From a virus (taxonomy: Duplodnaviria > Caudoviricetes): a stretch of DNA of 26,810 nucleotides. Positions within the stretch are counted from its first letter, which is position 1, and every line of letters starts with the position of its first letter. The position numbers and the translations under genes are program-made. Shown piece by piece: positions 1 through 8,960 of the stretch. The notes beneath the pieces are model-generated. The model was given only the letters and a program-made list of their open reading frames with translations. It had not been told where the DNA came from and did not search any database. The stretch is taken from the IMG/VR virus record IMGVR_UViG_3300025470_000072, positions 1-26,810 of that record. One strand, given 5' to 3'.

Positions 1-166
1 CCCAATCGCGGGCTTGTTGAGTTGTAGTTGATTCCGACCCAATATGGGAGTGAAACCAACGCTCTACGATGTCATCTGCGTTAAACGCTTTCTGGAATCC
101 CTTACGGATTCGGTCAGCGTGTTTTGCAGCAATGCGAACCGTTGCGCCATGCGCGGGCCATTGCAT
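1..166 (-). CDS. Partial gene after portal, probably head morphogenesis (gpF-like) protein
   Basis: Its ATG overlaps the portal stop (TAATG at 164-168). Open to the window edge: MQWPAHGATVRIAAKHADRIRKGFQK... Function inferred from position only. Confidence 0.55.
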   Translation of the reverse strand, partial: MQWPAHGATVRIAAKHADRIRKGFQKAFNADDIVERWFHSHIGSESTTTQQARDW

Positions 167-1980
167 TACAACCCCAAATAGCGTTCGGCGTACCAGCGAG
201 CGCCGTCAAGGTCTTTTTCCTCAACGAACTTATTGAGAACTTCAGCGTAAGCATGGTCAAGATGTTCGAAGTTAAATGCGCGGGTTGGTGTACCTCGGCG
301 AACCCAACGGATGAACTTCTTGACTTCTTCCTGAGCTGGCTCTGCTGGCTTTTCAGCAGGTGCTTCTGTGGCAGAAGGTTCGTTGTCCTGAATACCGCTT
401 TCGTCTAGTGAAGTACCAGCAGCAACCATTCCATCTGGAGTAAAGAGGAACACGGATTGTCCGGCAACGAAGATAGGCATATCGGCTTCTGGAGTATCCA
501 AGAGAGGCATACCAGCTTCGGCGCGGTGTTCGTTAACTGTCATTCCGCCGTTGCGAACAACGATGTCGTCACGCTTAGCAACGCCTTCGGTGTCTTGACG
601 CTCTGCCTTCATAAACTTAAACTCAAGCTCGCGTGGCATATTGAGGAATGAGTAGGAAATGTTAGTGAGAATCTTGCCGAGCCATTGCGAAATCGGATCA
701 ACGCCGATAGCTTGACCTGACTCTGCTTCGCCGTCTTGGTGACCCTTGCCGCCAAGTCCACCGCTCTTAGGGGTGAATCCGATTTCACTTGGCATAACGC
801 CGAAGTGACCGCAGATAGAGGTAACGAGATAGTCGTCTAAGACATCCTTAAACTTCTCGCCGTAGCCATCAAACTGAACTGCCTTGATACCCGCAGGAAG
901 CAAACGAGCGCGCTTGCGTTGTTCGGTCTGTCCGGCGAGGTCATCGTTGAAGATGTTCTCATAGGCACGAAGCAACTCTGGGTTGTTACCGAATGTTGCA
1001 TCGGTTTCGAATAGCATCTCAGGCACAACGCCATCGGTGTATTCAGCGCGAATCCATTGCTGACGGCGCAGGTAAATATCGGCAATCATCAACGAACGCT
1101 CAACTGGTGAGTAGCCGTAAACAGTCCATGTACGGCGGTTCATGATGTTATAGACAAGCTGATCCGAAGTGAACTCACCATCGGCAGCAGGGGCATCATC
1201 CGTCACATCAAATTCTGTGCGAGGGAAGCCGTAAAGAATCTGTTGGTAAGCAGGGCCTTGTTCTGGTGTTGGGCGGAATCCAAGGTCGTTAATAAGTGGC
1301 TTGATAGTTGAGCCGTCAAGAACCTTCAGACCCATAAGGTCGCCGCCTACGGTCTTTTGGGGCCAGATAGCCCATGCGTCTAGCACAAGGATTTCTTCTA
1401 ATGAGAGCTTGAGCCAATCGGCAAATGTCAAACCTTCTTGCACATCAGGCATACGCCAGAAATCAACGAGGCGGTCAATCTCAGGAGCGAACTGGTCGCG
1501 GGCTTTGTTCATCGCCTGAAGGTGGTTGCCACCTGAGTTAGCAATAATCTTTTCGCTAGCGGCTTGGGTAATCGTAATATCCCATTCCAGCGCGGCAATC
1601 TTGTTCTTTAATACTTCGATGCAACGGCGCAAGATGTCAATCTGGTCTGCGGCAGCGCGTAGGGTCTTGAACGGTACAAGGCGAGTTTCGGTGATGTTGA
1701 TGTTCTGCGCAACAAGGAACTCATAGCGGCGTGGATCAGGGCGACCGCGCTCTTGTAGCGGGTTAATAGCGCCGGGGATAAGTGGAACGCCGGGGCTGAA
1801 AGGAACATTGGCGATATTTTGGTCGCGTGGAAGTGGTACTTGTGTGCCGTAACCTGAGTTTTGGGTAAGAACACTATTGCGCAGTTGCGATTCAGACATA
1901 GCTACCGCACCAGTTGGCAATCCCGGTGCTTTAACAATCTCTGAGGCTACGCGCGCGGCGAAGCGGTCTAGTAAGCCCAC
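166..1980 (-). CDS. Phage portal protein
   Basis: 604 aa, GTG start with AGGAG RBS. Portal-like motifs YGYSPVE, ICGHFGVMPSEIG and MTVNEHRAEAGMP. Confidence 0.9.
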   Translation of the reverse strand: MGLLDRFAARVASEIVKAPGLPTGAVAMSESQLRNSVLTQNSGYGTQVPLPRDQNIANVPFSPGVPLIPGAINPLQERGRPDPRRYEFLVAQNINITETRLVPFKTLRAAADQIDILRRCIEVLKNKIAALEWDITITQAASEKIIANSGGNHLQAMNKARDQFAPEIDRLVDFWRMPDVQEGLTFADWLKLSLEEILVLDAWAIWPQKTVGGDLMGLKVLDGSTIKPLINDLGFRPTPEQGPAYQQILYGFPRTEFDVTDDAPAADGEFTSDQLVYNIMNRRTWTVYGYSPVERSLMIADIYLRRQQWIRAEYTDGVVPEMLFETDATFGNNPELLRAYENIFNDDLAGQTEQRKRARLLPAGIKAVQFDGYGEKFKDVLDDYLVTSICGHFGVMPSEIGFTPKSGGLGGKGHQDGEAESGQAIGVDPISQWLGKILTNISYSFLNMPRELEFKFMKAERQDTEGVAKRDDIVVRNGGMTVNEHRAEAGMPLLDTPEADMPIFVAGQSVFLFTPDGMVAAGTSLDESGIQDNEPSATEAPAEKPAEPAQEEVKKFIRWVRRGTPTRAFNFEHLDHAYAEVLNKFVEEKDLDGARWYAERYLGL

Positions 1981-1993
1981 TTGTTCTCCTTTG

Positions 1994-2650
1994 TCATATA
2001 ACCCACATCATGCCCACATCGGCAGTTGGTCGTAGTCCTGCGTTTTTCCATTCATGCGATTCCCAAAATGATGCGTGTTCGTTGCGCCATGTTGTTACAT
2101 CTAAATCTATGTCGTACCAAGTTGCAGGTCGTTGCAAGTGATGAACGATGAACTGTGGTGCAACCTTCGTATAGCCAAGTGATGCGAGATAGGCTAACTG
2201 CTCTTGATGCTGATCCAAGGTTTCCCGAGTCCATTCAAAAGTCAGCTCGCCGTAGTGCTGAGTCATGCCTCGAAAAACATTCCATTCAGCGCCTTCAACA
2301 TCTATCTTAGTCAAATCTGGCTTGCCGTGTTTCTTGACCAAGGTGTCCATCGTGATTGTCAGAACTTGTATCGTATGAAACGGCTTGCCCGAGTAGGGCA
2401 TGGTCTCGGCGGTCAGCCAATCTTTATTCAGGGTGCTTAGCCCATCTTCGTCAGCTTCGTAAAACTCCACCGTCTGATAGTCGCTATCGGATACGGCGTA
2501 TTTTAGGGGCGTGACATTCGGGTTGTTGATGAAGTTACCCGCAAGCTCGCCATACATCCGTGACGGTTCGATAGCTATTACTTTGTAGCCAAGGTTTAGC
2601 CCGGCTTGAGTTGCATCGCCTTTATTTGCGCCTATATCAAATAGAAGCAA
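1994..2650 (-). CDS. FkbM-family SAM-dependent methyltransferase
   Basis: Motifs FDIGANKG, IAIEP, KIDVEGAE. Start reassigned to TTG 2650 (GGTGG upstream), overlapping the TPR gene end. Confidence 0.88.
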   Translation of the reverse strand: MLLFDIGANKGDATQAGLNLGYKVIAIEPSRMYGELAGNFINNPNVTPLKYAVSDSDYQTVEFYEADEDGLSTLNKDWLTAETMPYSGKPFHTIQVLTITMDTLVKKHGKPDLTKIDVEGAEWNVFRGMTQHYGELTFEWTRETLDQHQEQLAYLASLGYTKVAPQFIVHHLQRPATWYDIDLDVTTWRNEHASFWESHEWKNAGLRPTADVGMMWVI

Positions 2651-3182
2651 GGTTGCGCACCACCGATTCACGATATTCAAGGGTGAGGTCGTAGGCAAGA
2701 AGGTCGTTAAATATCTTGACCGCTTCATCCTTGCGACCAATCCACCACGCCGCCACGCCCTTCTCAAAGAGCAAGCAGTAATCGGTGAACTCTAGGTCAA
2801 TCGTTGGATCGCTTTTCTGTCCGTTGTGCAATCCCAACTCGGCCCATGTGTAGGACTCTTGGTATTCACGCTGGCGTTCAAAGAACCGCGACATCCAGAA
2901 ATACGCCTCAGAGCGATAAGGCAGATAAGCGAGTGCTTGCAAGATGCAGTTAGAGACGGTGTGCAGTCTGTCGTTCTGTTGTTCGAAGCACTTGGCAAGT
3001 CGCAGCAGCGAGGCATAGACCAAGCTCGGATGCGTGTCCTTGCCGTACTCTGCCGTTCGCAAGTAGAACGATACGGCGCTCGCAATTTGATTCTGCGAGT
3101 CGTACTTTACGGCGGCTTGGAAGTTCAGCTCAGGATTAAAAGGGTCTTTGGATAAATCCGCGATGATTGTCTCTATAAGCAC
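2637..3182 (-). CDS. TPR-repeat protein
   Basis: Helical TPR-like repeats (SLLRLAKCF, PYRSEAYFWMSRFF, AAWWIGRKDEA). Start reassigned to GTG 3182. Confidence 0.75.
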   Translation of the reverse strand: MLIETIIADLSKDPFNPELNFQAAVKYDSQNQIASAVSFYLRTAEYGKDTHPSLVYASLLRLAKCFEQQNDRLHTVSNCILQALAYLPYRSEAYFWMSRFFERQREYQESYTWAELGLHNGQKSDPTIDLEFTDYCLLFEKGVAAWWIGRKDEAVKIFNDLLAYDLTLEYRESVVRNLASI

Positions 3183-4144
3183 TTTGCCACCATTTCGTTT
3201 ACAAGTTCGCCTGGTACTTGCAAGATAAACGCGGCATTGTCTTGGAAACCCCAAGAGATAAGCAGGTCGCCGTTATGTTCGGCAGCTCCTACGCAGAACT
3301 CAATCCTGCCGTCTAAGAACTTAAACGGTTCAGGTGAGATGCCGATAAGGTGCAGTTCGTCATCATAAACGCAGAGACGGTGGTTGTAGATGCCGTCCTT
3401 TTGCCCAAGATAGTTCTTGAACAAGTCCACTTCATGCGTGATAGAAATATAGTGGTCGCCCCAACGGATAACCTGCGAGCTTCCGCGCTGATCCTTTTCG
3501 GGCTTTAGCCCGCCGAAGTGAAGCGTGTCTTGCATGGCTTGGTCTCCCACAACAGAGACAACCTCAACAGGTGAGTGCCATTTGATGAAGTTAAAAGGTC
3601 GGTCAATGACCGGAACCCAGTTCTTCTCGCAGTACGAGTTATCGGGTTGCGGTGCTTTGATGCGTGTTCGGGAAACTTCCTTAACGCTCCAGTTGTTTTT
3701 ATTTATCTCTACCTTAGATAGTTCCATGCGACCCACGCCGTTAGTTGTGGTGTCTCGGCGAACTCCGATGAGATAGTAGCCATCCCAGTAAACAAGGCGA
3801 GCATCTTCTAATCCGACAAACTCCCAGATAGGTTCATGCAAGTTCAGCATTTCTACCTTGGTGCAATCGGTGATGTTTAAATCGTTGTTGAGTCGAACGA
3901 CATAATTCTCAGTAACGAGTCGCTGGTCTTTCTCGGGGTGGAGATAAGCAAGTGGCCCCCACCGCGAGGGAAAGATTTGCACATTCTCGCTATGAAAGAG
4001 GATGTAGTTGACGACTCGGACATTAACGAGGATGTCGCCATCTGGATCAATAAAGACCGATGGGTTCATGCCACCGAATGTTCCGGGTATTGCTAGTGGG
4101 GCTAACTTACCGCCCTGTGCAACCGCCTTTTGCACTAAATTCAT
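3173..4144 (-). CDS. GH130/GH43-like five-bladed beta-propeller glycosidase or phosphorylase
   Basis: Motifs NPSV, GLEDARL, EKNWVP, RGSS, IEFCVG are typical of this propeller superfamily. Confidence 0.7.
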   Translation of the reverse strand: MNLVQKAVAQGGKLAPLAIPGTFGGMNPSVFIDPDGDILVNVRVVNYILFHSENVQIFPSRWGPLAYLHPEKDQRLVTENYVVRLNNDLNITDCTKVEMLNLHEPIWEFVGLEDARLVYWDGYYLIGVRRDTTTNGVGRMELSKVEINKNNWSVKEVSRTRIKAPQPDNSYCEKNWVPVIDRPFNFIKWHSPVEVVSVVGDQAMQDTLHFGGLKPEKDQRGSSQVIRWGDHYISITHEVDLFKNYLGQKDGIYNHRLCVYDDELHLIGISPEPFKFLDGRIEFCVGAAEHNGDLLISWGFQDNAAFILQVPGELVNEMVAKCL

Positions 4145-4159
4145 TTGTGTAGCTTATCA
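4145..4159 (-). promoter_or_regulatory. Extended -10 element for a leaderless transcript
   Basis: TGA-TAAGCT, 6 nt, ATG; no SD. Confidence 0.45.
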
Positions 4160-4543
4160 GGCGCTCGCTACAACCTCAGTCCACGACTTAGTGGCTTCAT
4201 CCCATGAGTAGAGCTTGCCGTCTGTTGGCATAGGGGTTGGAGCTTCCCAGAGGTAAGTGGTCTTGTTGAGTGTCCATGAAGGGAAAGGCTGAGGCGCGTG
4301 GAATCCGGTGCCGTCCCATGTGTAACCAATTCCGGCGTAGTTGAATCCAATTTGTGCGCCACCGTCAGGCTGACCATCTGATCCGTAATGAACTCCGCCG
4401 CGAGTGTTGTACGAAGTCTGAACCCATGTGCCGCCTAAGCCAAGTTCCTCAGAAAGAAACTTGTTGCCATCAGTAACTGAGTTATCAACAACGAGAACGC
4501 GAGTGACGATGTTGTTTGAATCTATTTCGGCCCAATGTGCCAT
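4157..4543 (-). CDS. Fibre-associated small protein (possible fibre assembly chaperone)
   Basis: AGGAG RBS. Trp/Pro-rich WVQTSYN...YAGIGYTWD...WEAPTPMP...YSWDE pattern, directly after a Gly-rich fibre gene. Confidence 0.6.
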   Translation of the reverse strand: MAHWAEIDSNNIVTRVLVVDNSVTDGNKFLSEELGLGGTWVQTSYNTRGGVHYGSDGQPDGGAQIGFNYAGIGYTWDGTGFHAPQPFPSWTLNKTTYLWEAPTPMPTDGKLYSWDEATKSWTEVVASA

Positions 4544-4552
4544 GTTGTCTCC

Positions 4553-5569
4553 TTAGTTGGTTGCAAAGGTAAATGAACCAGTAGATTTAAAGGCGTGATA
4601 AGTGTAAGTGCCATCGTTGGTAATTGTTCCGCCTGTTGCTTGAGCGGTAGTTCCAAGATAACGAACAATTACAATACCCGACCCACCAGCACCACCGGCA
4701 GAACCATAACCGCCACCGTCAGCACCGCCACCGCCACCGCCTGTATTTGCAGTTCCAGCCGTAGCTGATCCACCGCTTCCATTACCGCCAGCGCCGCCAC
4801 CACCGTTACCACCAGCAGCAGCGTTAGGGTTATTGCTACCACCACCGCCGCCACCTGCATAATAATAATGTGAGGAAACGAGCTGACCAGTTGAGGTTGC
4901 AGAACCCATCGCATCAAGAGCAGCAATCGTTGTTCCGCTTAAACCAATACCGCCCGCTCCACCAATAGATGTAGTGCCGTTGCCGCCGACTCCACCCGCT
5001 CCACCGCCGCCACCTTGACCATACAAAGCAGCCGATGTTGCATTACCGCCGTTGTTACCATAACCAGTTGCGCCACCAGTATTGCCCTGTGTTGCAGTTC
5101 CCGGAGAAGTTTGATTTTTGTCACCAGCTCCACCGCCAGAACCACCGCTACCACCAGCATTACCACCGAAACCGCCATAACCACCGCCGTTGGATGTAAT
5201 TGTGTCAAAGGTAGAGTTGTTGCCAACATTTCCGTAAGTGCTTCCAACCGCTCCACCAGCACCAACGGTTACAGTAAAACTGCTAGTTCTTGCTAATGTG
5301 CGACCGCTTTGCCATGAAAGACCACCCGCGCCACCACCAGTTCCAGTTGGTGCGCCACCGCTACCGCCACCAGCAACAACCAAAACATCAACTGTTAAAG
5401 ATGGTGGGTTAGCAGTACCAACCGCAGCCCAAGTTCCAGTTGCCGTGTAGTTAAGCATCTGCCCTAAAGTCGTGTCGTAATACTCCATCCCCACGAATGG
5501 CGAGGATGGGCGATTGGATGTTGATCCGATTGCATAACCTGAACGAGATAAATCTCTAGAGCGTGACAT
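4553..5569 (-). CDS. Glycine-rich fibre or receptor-binding protein
   Basis: VLVVAGGGSGG...YYYAGGGGG...GGSGIVIVRY polyglycine domain; TAATG-coupled to the upstream gene. Confidence 0.8.
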   Translation of the reverse strand: MSRSRDLSRSGYAIGSTSNRPSSPFVGMEYYDTTLGQMLNYTATGTWAAVGTANPPSLTVDVLVVAGGGSGGAPTGTGGGAGGLSWQSGRTLARTSSFTVTVGAGGAVGSTYGNVGNNSTFDTITSNGGGYGGFGGNAGGSGGSGGGAGDKNQTSPGTATQGNTGGATGYGNNGGNATSAALYGQGGGGGAGGVGGNGTTSIGGAGGIGLSGTTIAALDAMGSATSTGQLVSSHYYYAGGGGGGSNNPNAAAGGNGGGGAGGNGSGGSATAGTANTGGGGGGADGGGYGSAGGAGGSGIVIVRYLGTTAQATGGTITNDGTYTYHAFKSTGSFTFATN

Positions 5570-8500
5570 TATCCACCTACCTGTGAACGAGTGTAACGAA
5601 CGATGATGATACCTGAACCGCCGTTGAAGCCAGAAGCAGTTCCGCTATAAACATTTCCGCCTCCGCCGCCACCTGTGTTTGTAGCGCCGTTAGAACCGTT
5701 TAAGCCCGGTGTCCAATAAGAACCAGTTCCGCCACCACCAAAGCCACCAGCAGTTACAGCGCTTGCGCTTCCGTTAGAACCACCACCACCGCCAGCGTAA
5801 TAATAATTTGGTGAGTGATAATCGCCAGTAGAAGTTGCGGCAGCCATAGCGTTAATGAGTGAGCTTGTTGCGCCGATTCCACCGACTCCGCCAGTATTAG
5901 AACCACTAGCATTTCCGCCAGCTCCGCCAGCTCCACCACCACCGCCACCGCCTTGAGTTCCGCTTGGTGATGAACCGCCGTTATTTCCTTGACCGCTTGT
6001 TCCAGTACCGCCAGATTTTGCGGGAGCGCCACCGCCACCCGAACCGCCGTTAGAACCGTTATTGAAAATGGTGTCGGGTGAGTCAGCAGCGCCACCACCA
6101 CCGCCGCCATAAATAGTTCCAGACAAAGAACCAAATGATGAGTTTCCACCATTAGTTCCGTTGGCGTTATAAACACCACCGGCACCGGGGCCTCCAACGG
6201 TACAAGTGTAAGCTCCGTTTAGAGATTGAGATGTTGCAGTCCATAAACCACCAGCACCACCAGCGCCAGACCATTGACCATTAGCGCCACCGCCACCACC
6301 GCCACCAGCTACTACCAAAATATCTGCGGTGATTGTGCCGTTGGATACTGTAAAAGTGGATGTTGATGTAAATAAACGATAATAATAAGTAGAATCAGAA
6401 TAAAGAGTTCCACCGGATACGGTTGGCAAGGAAAGCGCCAACGGATACCATGCACTTCCATTGTAAACCTGCAACGCGCCCGATGTTGTATTCCAGAACA
6501 ACTGTCCAGCATAAAGACCTGTTGGGTTTGTCGAACCGCTTGGTGGGTATTGCTCCCAGTTCAATCCGTTAGTCTGAGATGAATCAGCCGTGAGAAGGTA
6601 AGTATTTGATCCGATAGGCAAACGGTTAACGGTTGATGCCGCGTTACCAACAATCAAGTCGCCCTTAGTAGTGACGGTTGAAAGCGGGATTGCGTTAGCC
6701 ACCGAGAACGATGATGGCGAGACTACTGTGGCAATATCGCCAGAAACAAGAGCCGTCAGTCCGGTGATAGATGTTCCTGTAGTTGCGGTGTAGTCCACGC
6801 CGCGCTCAAGAAGAACGCCGTTGATAAAGACTTGTTCAGCTCCTACGGTATATGACAGGGTTGTAGAGAATCCGTCAGTTCCGGACAATGAAGTTTCGCC
6901 GCCTGTTGCGGTGTAACGCCATTGTTGCATGGAGACAGAAGCGGTTGAGCCTTGAACGCCTTGAGTACCTTGTGTTCCAGTCGCACCCTGAACACCGCTT
7001 GTTCCAGTTGTTCCCTGTGATCCGATTGAACCAGTCGCGCCCTGAATACCATTTGTTCCTTGAGAACCTGTCGCGCCTTGAGTACCAATGAGACCTTGAG
7101 TGCCTGTCGTACCCTGAGCGCCAGTAGTTCCCTGCGCTCCGGTCATTCCTTGAGAACCAGTTAGACCTTGGCTACCAGTTGTTCCTTGTAATCCGTTAGA
7201 ACCGCTAGTGCCAGTCGTACCTTGTGAGCCAGTCGAACCTGTTGCGCCGACTGCGCCTTGAGTGCCAGTCGTACCCTGCGCACCATTAGTTCCGCTTGTA
7301 CCTTGCGCGCCATTAGAGCCAGCAGTTCCCTGAGCGCCTGTTGCACCTTGCGTTCCGTTAGTACCCGAAGCACCTTGAGTTCCTGTTGTTCCTTGCAGAC
7401 CTTGAGTACCAGCGCCAGTTGCGCCTTGTGTACCTTGAACACCCTGCGAGCCAACTGCCGAGGTCTGAGTAAAGAGAATCTGATCCGTGCCGATGATAAT
7501 TGAGCCATCAGCATACGAACCGACATTGTATTGAATCCATGAAGTTGAAGCGTTGGCAGTTCCCGATGTGACATAGAGATAATCGCCGGGTTCTACTTGA
7601 CTCATCACATGGTCGTCATAGTCTGTTGCGCGAGTCAATACCCATGCGCTACCAGCAGGGTTGTTCTTACCAAAAGCGGTGACGGTGTAAATACCGTTTT
7701 GCGTGCCGTCAGTTTGATTCTTAACGAGTACGCGCTGACCGTTAGCAGTAAAGGTGTGACCGTCAATAACAAGAACGGCGTTCGATGATGCGGTGAGCTT
7801 TGCGCCAACACCATAACCACCGTTAGCGTCCAGCGTTCCCGGTGTGTAAGTAGGCGTGTTAGGAAGTACGGCGGCAGTTGCATAGATAGCAGCAGCGTGA
7901 GCGTTAGCGGTTGATGTGCCGCCAACAAGTCCTTGAACGCCTTGCAATCCTTGGATGCCTTGCGCTCCGACAGTTCCCTGAATACCAGTTAAACCTTGTG
8001 TGCCTGTCGCGCCTTGTGATCCAGTAATACCTTGAATACCTTGCGAGCCAGTCGAGCCAGTTGCACCAGTTGAACCCTGAGTACCAATAGCGCCTTGGAT
8101 TCCGTTTGTGCCTTGAATTCCCTGTGCGCCTGTAAAACCTTGAGTGCCTTGGCGACCTTGAACACCCTGAACGCCTTGGATACCAGTAACACCCTGAGAG
8201 CCAGTCGTACCCTGTGTTCCTAAAGTTCCTTGTGTGCCAGTTGCACCCTGTGTACCTGTTGTGCCTTGCGCACCAGTCATTCCTTGCAAGCCAAGCAAAC
8301 CCTGAATACCTTGCGTTCCTTGAACGCCTTGTATTCCCTGAGTTCCCTGATTGCCTTGAGTTCCCTGAACTCCTTGAACGCCCTGAGTTCCTTGCACACC
8401 TTGAATACCAGTTGTGCCTTGGTTGCCTTGGATTCCTTGAGTGCCTTGCGCGCCCTGCGTACCAAAATGACCTTGTACGCCTTGAGTTCCCTGTACGCCT

Positions 8501-8601
8501 TGAACTCCTTGCGTACCCTGAACACCTTGCAAACCGCGAGCGCCAGCAGCAGAGATAACGATGTTAGGCGTTACTGCTTGGATATTGATGTTATCGCTCA
8601 C
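5569..8601 (-). CDS. Collagen-like fibre protein with C-terminal glycine-rich domain
   Basis: Two long G-X-Y tracts rich in GTQ/GVQ/GIQ/GSQ, an internal RVLVKNQT...NGIY domain, a TTKGDLIVG motif and a C-terminal Gly-rich domain. Confidence 0.88.
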   Translation of the reverse strand: MSDNINIQAVTPNIVISAAGARGLQGVQGTQGVQGVQGTQGVQGHFGTQGAQGTQGIQGNQGTTGIQGVQGTQGVQGVQGTQGNQGTQGIQGVQGTQGIQGLLGLQGMTGAQGTTGTQGATGTQGTLGTQGTTGSQGVTGIQGVQGVQGRQGTQGFTGAQGIQGTNGIQGAIGTQGSTGATGSTGSQGIQGITGSQGATGTQGLTGIQGTVGAQGIQGLQGVQGLVGGTSTANAHAAAIYATAAVLPNTPTYTPGTLDANGGYGVGAKLTASSNAVLVIDGHTFTANGQRVLVKNQTDGTQNGIYTVTAFGKNNPAGSAWVLTRATDYDDHVMSQVEPGDYLYVTSGTANASTSWIQYNVGSYADGSIIIGTDQILFTQTSAVGSQGVQGTQGATGAGTQGLQGTTGTQGASGTNGTQGATGAQGTAGSNGAQGTSGTNGAQGTTGTQGAVGATGSTGSQGTTGTSGSNGLQGTTGSQGLTGSQGMTGAQGTTGAQGTTGTQGLIGTQGATGSQGTNGIQGATGSIGSQGTTGTSGVQGATGTQGTQGVQGSTASVSMQQWRYTATGGETSLSGTDGFSTTLSYTVGAEQVFINGVLLERGVDYTATTGTSITGLTALVSGDIATVVSPSSFSVANAIPLSTVTTKGDLIVGNAASTVNRLPIGSNTYLLTADSSQTNGLNWEQYPPSGSTNPTGLYAGQLFWNTTSGALQVYNGSAWYPLALSLPTVSGGTLYSDSTYYYRLFTSTSTFTVSNGTITADILVVAGGGGGGGANGQWSGAGGAGGLWTATSQSLNGAYTCTVGGPGAGGVYNANGTNGGNSSFGSLSGTIYGGGGGGAADSPDTIFNNGSNGGSGGGGAPAKSGGTGTSGQGNNGGSSPSGTQGGGGGGGAGGAGGNASGSNTGGVGGIGATSSLINAMAAATSTGDYHSPNYYYAGGGGGSNGSASAVTAGGFGGGGTGSYWTPGLNGSNGATNTGGGGGGNVYSGTASGFNGGSGIIIVRYTRSQVGG
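6945..7450 (-). repeat. Collagen G-X-Y repeat tract 2 (approximate bounds)
   Basis: 9-bp periodic coding repeats. Confidence 0.85.
7920..8545 (-). repeat. Collagen G-X-Y repeat tract 1 (approximate bounds)
   Basis: 9-bp periodic coding repeats (ccttg motif on the plus strand). Confidence 0.85.
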
Positions 8602-8960
8602 CGAGAAACCTCTGCATCAACTTGAACAACGCCGCGACCAAGAAAAATAGAGCCGTTAGCTGATGGGTTGGTCAATACCAAATCCCATTCGTACTTGCCG
8701 GGAGCTACTGCAACCTGAGCATCTACTTGAACCTGTGGTGTGGTGGTGGGGTTAAAGGTCAGCCCACTACCTACGCTCAAAGAAAGAGCAGTTGTCTTGG
8801 CGAGCGCCGAAGTACGGAATTGCAAAAGAGGCGTGTAGCCAGTCAGGTTAATAGGGTTGTTCGATGGATCAGTATAGGAAAAAGTAATTGACCATTCTTG
8901 ATTCTGGCGAAGGGTGAGATTAACTGGGTCAGGCGTTTGATTTATTGATTGCGCTGGCAT
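8598..8960 (-). CDS. Ig-like/BppU-N-like fibre anchor protein
   Basis: NLTLRQNQ...PINLTGY...GKYEWDLVL...GVVQV beta-sandwich pattern; coupled to the collagen gene. Confidence 0.6.
   Translation of the reverse strand: MPAQSINQTPDPVNLTLRQNQEWSITFSYTDPSNNPINLTGYTPLLQFRTSALAKTTALSLSVGSGLTFNPTTTPQVQVDAQVAVAPGKYEWDLVLTNPSANGSIFLGRGVVQVDAEVSR

Noticed and set aside
4553-6420. Paralogous fibre tips as DGR template and variable repeats
   Set aside because: No reverse transcriptase in the window and no near-identical nucleotide repeat with adenine-specific differences was seen.
6945-8545. Periodic repeats as a CRISPR array or VNTR element
   Set aside because: They are degenerate 9-bp codon repeats of collagen with no repeat-spacer structure.
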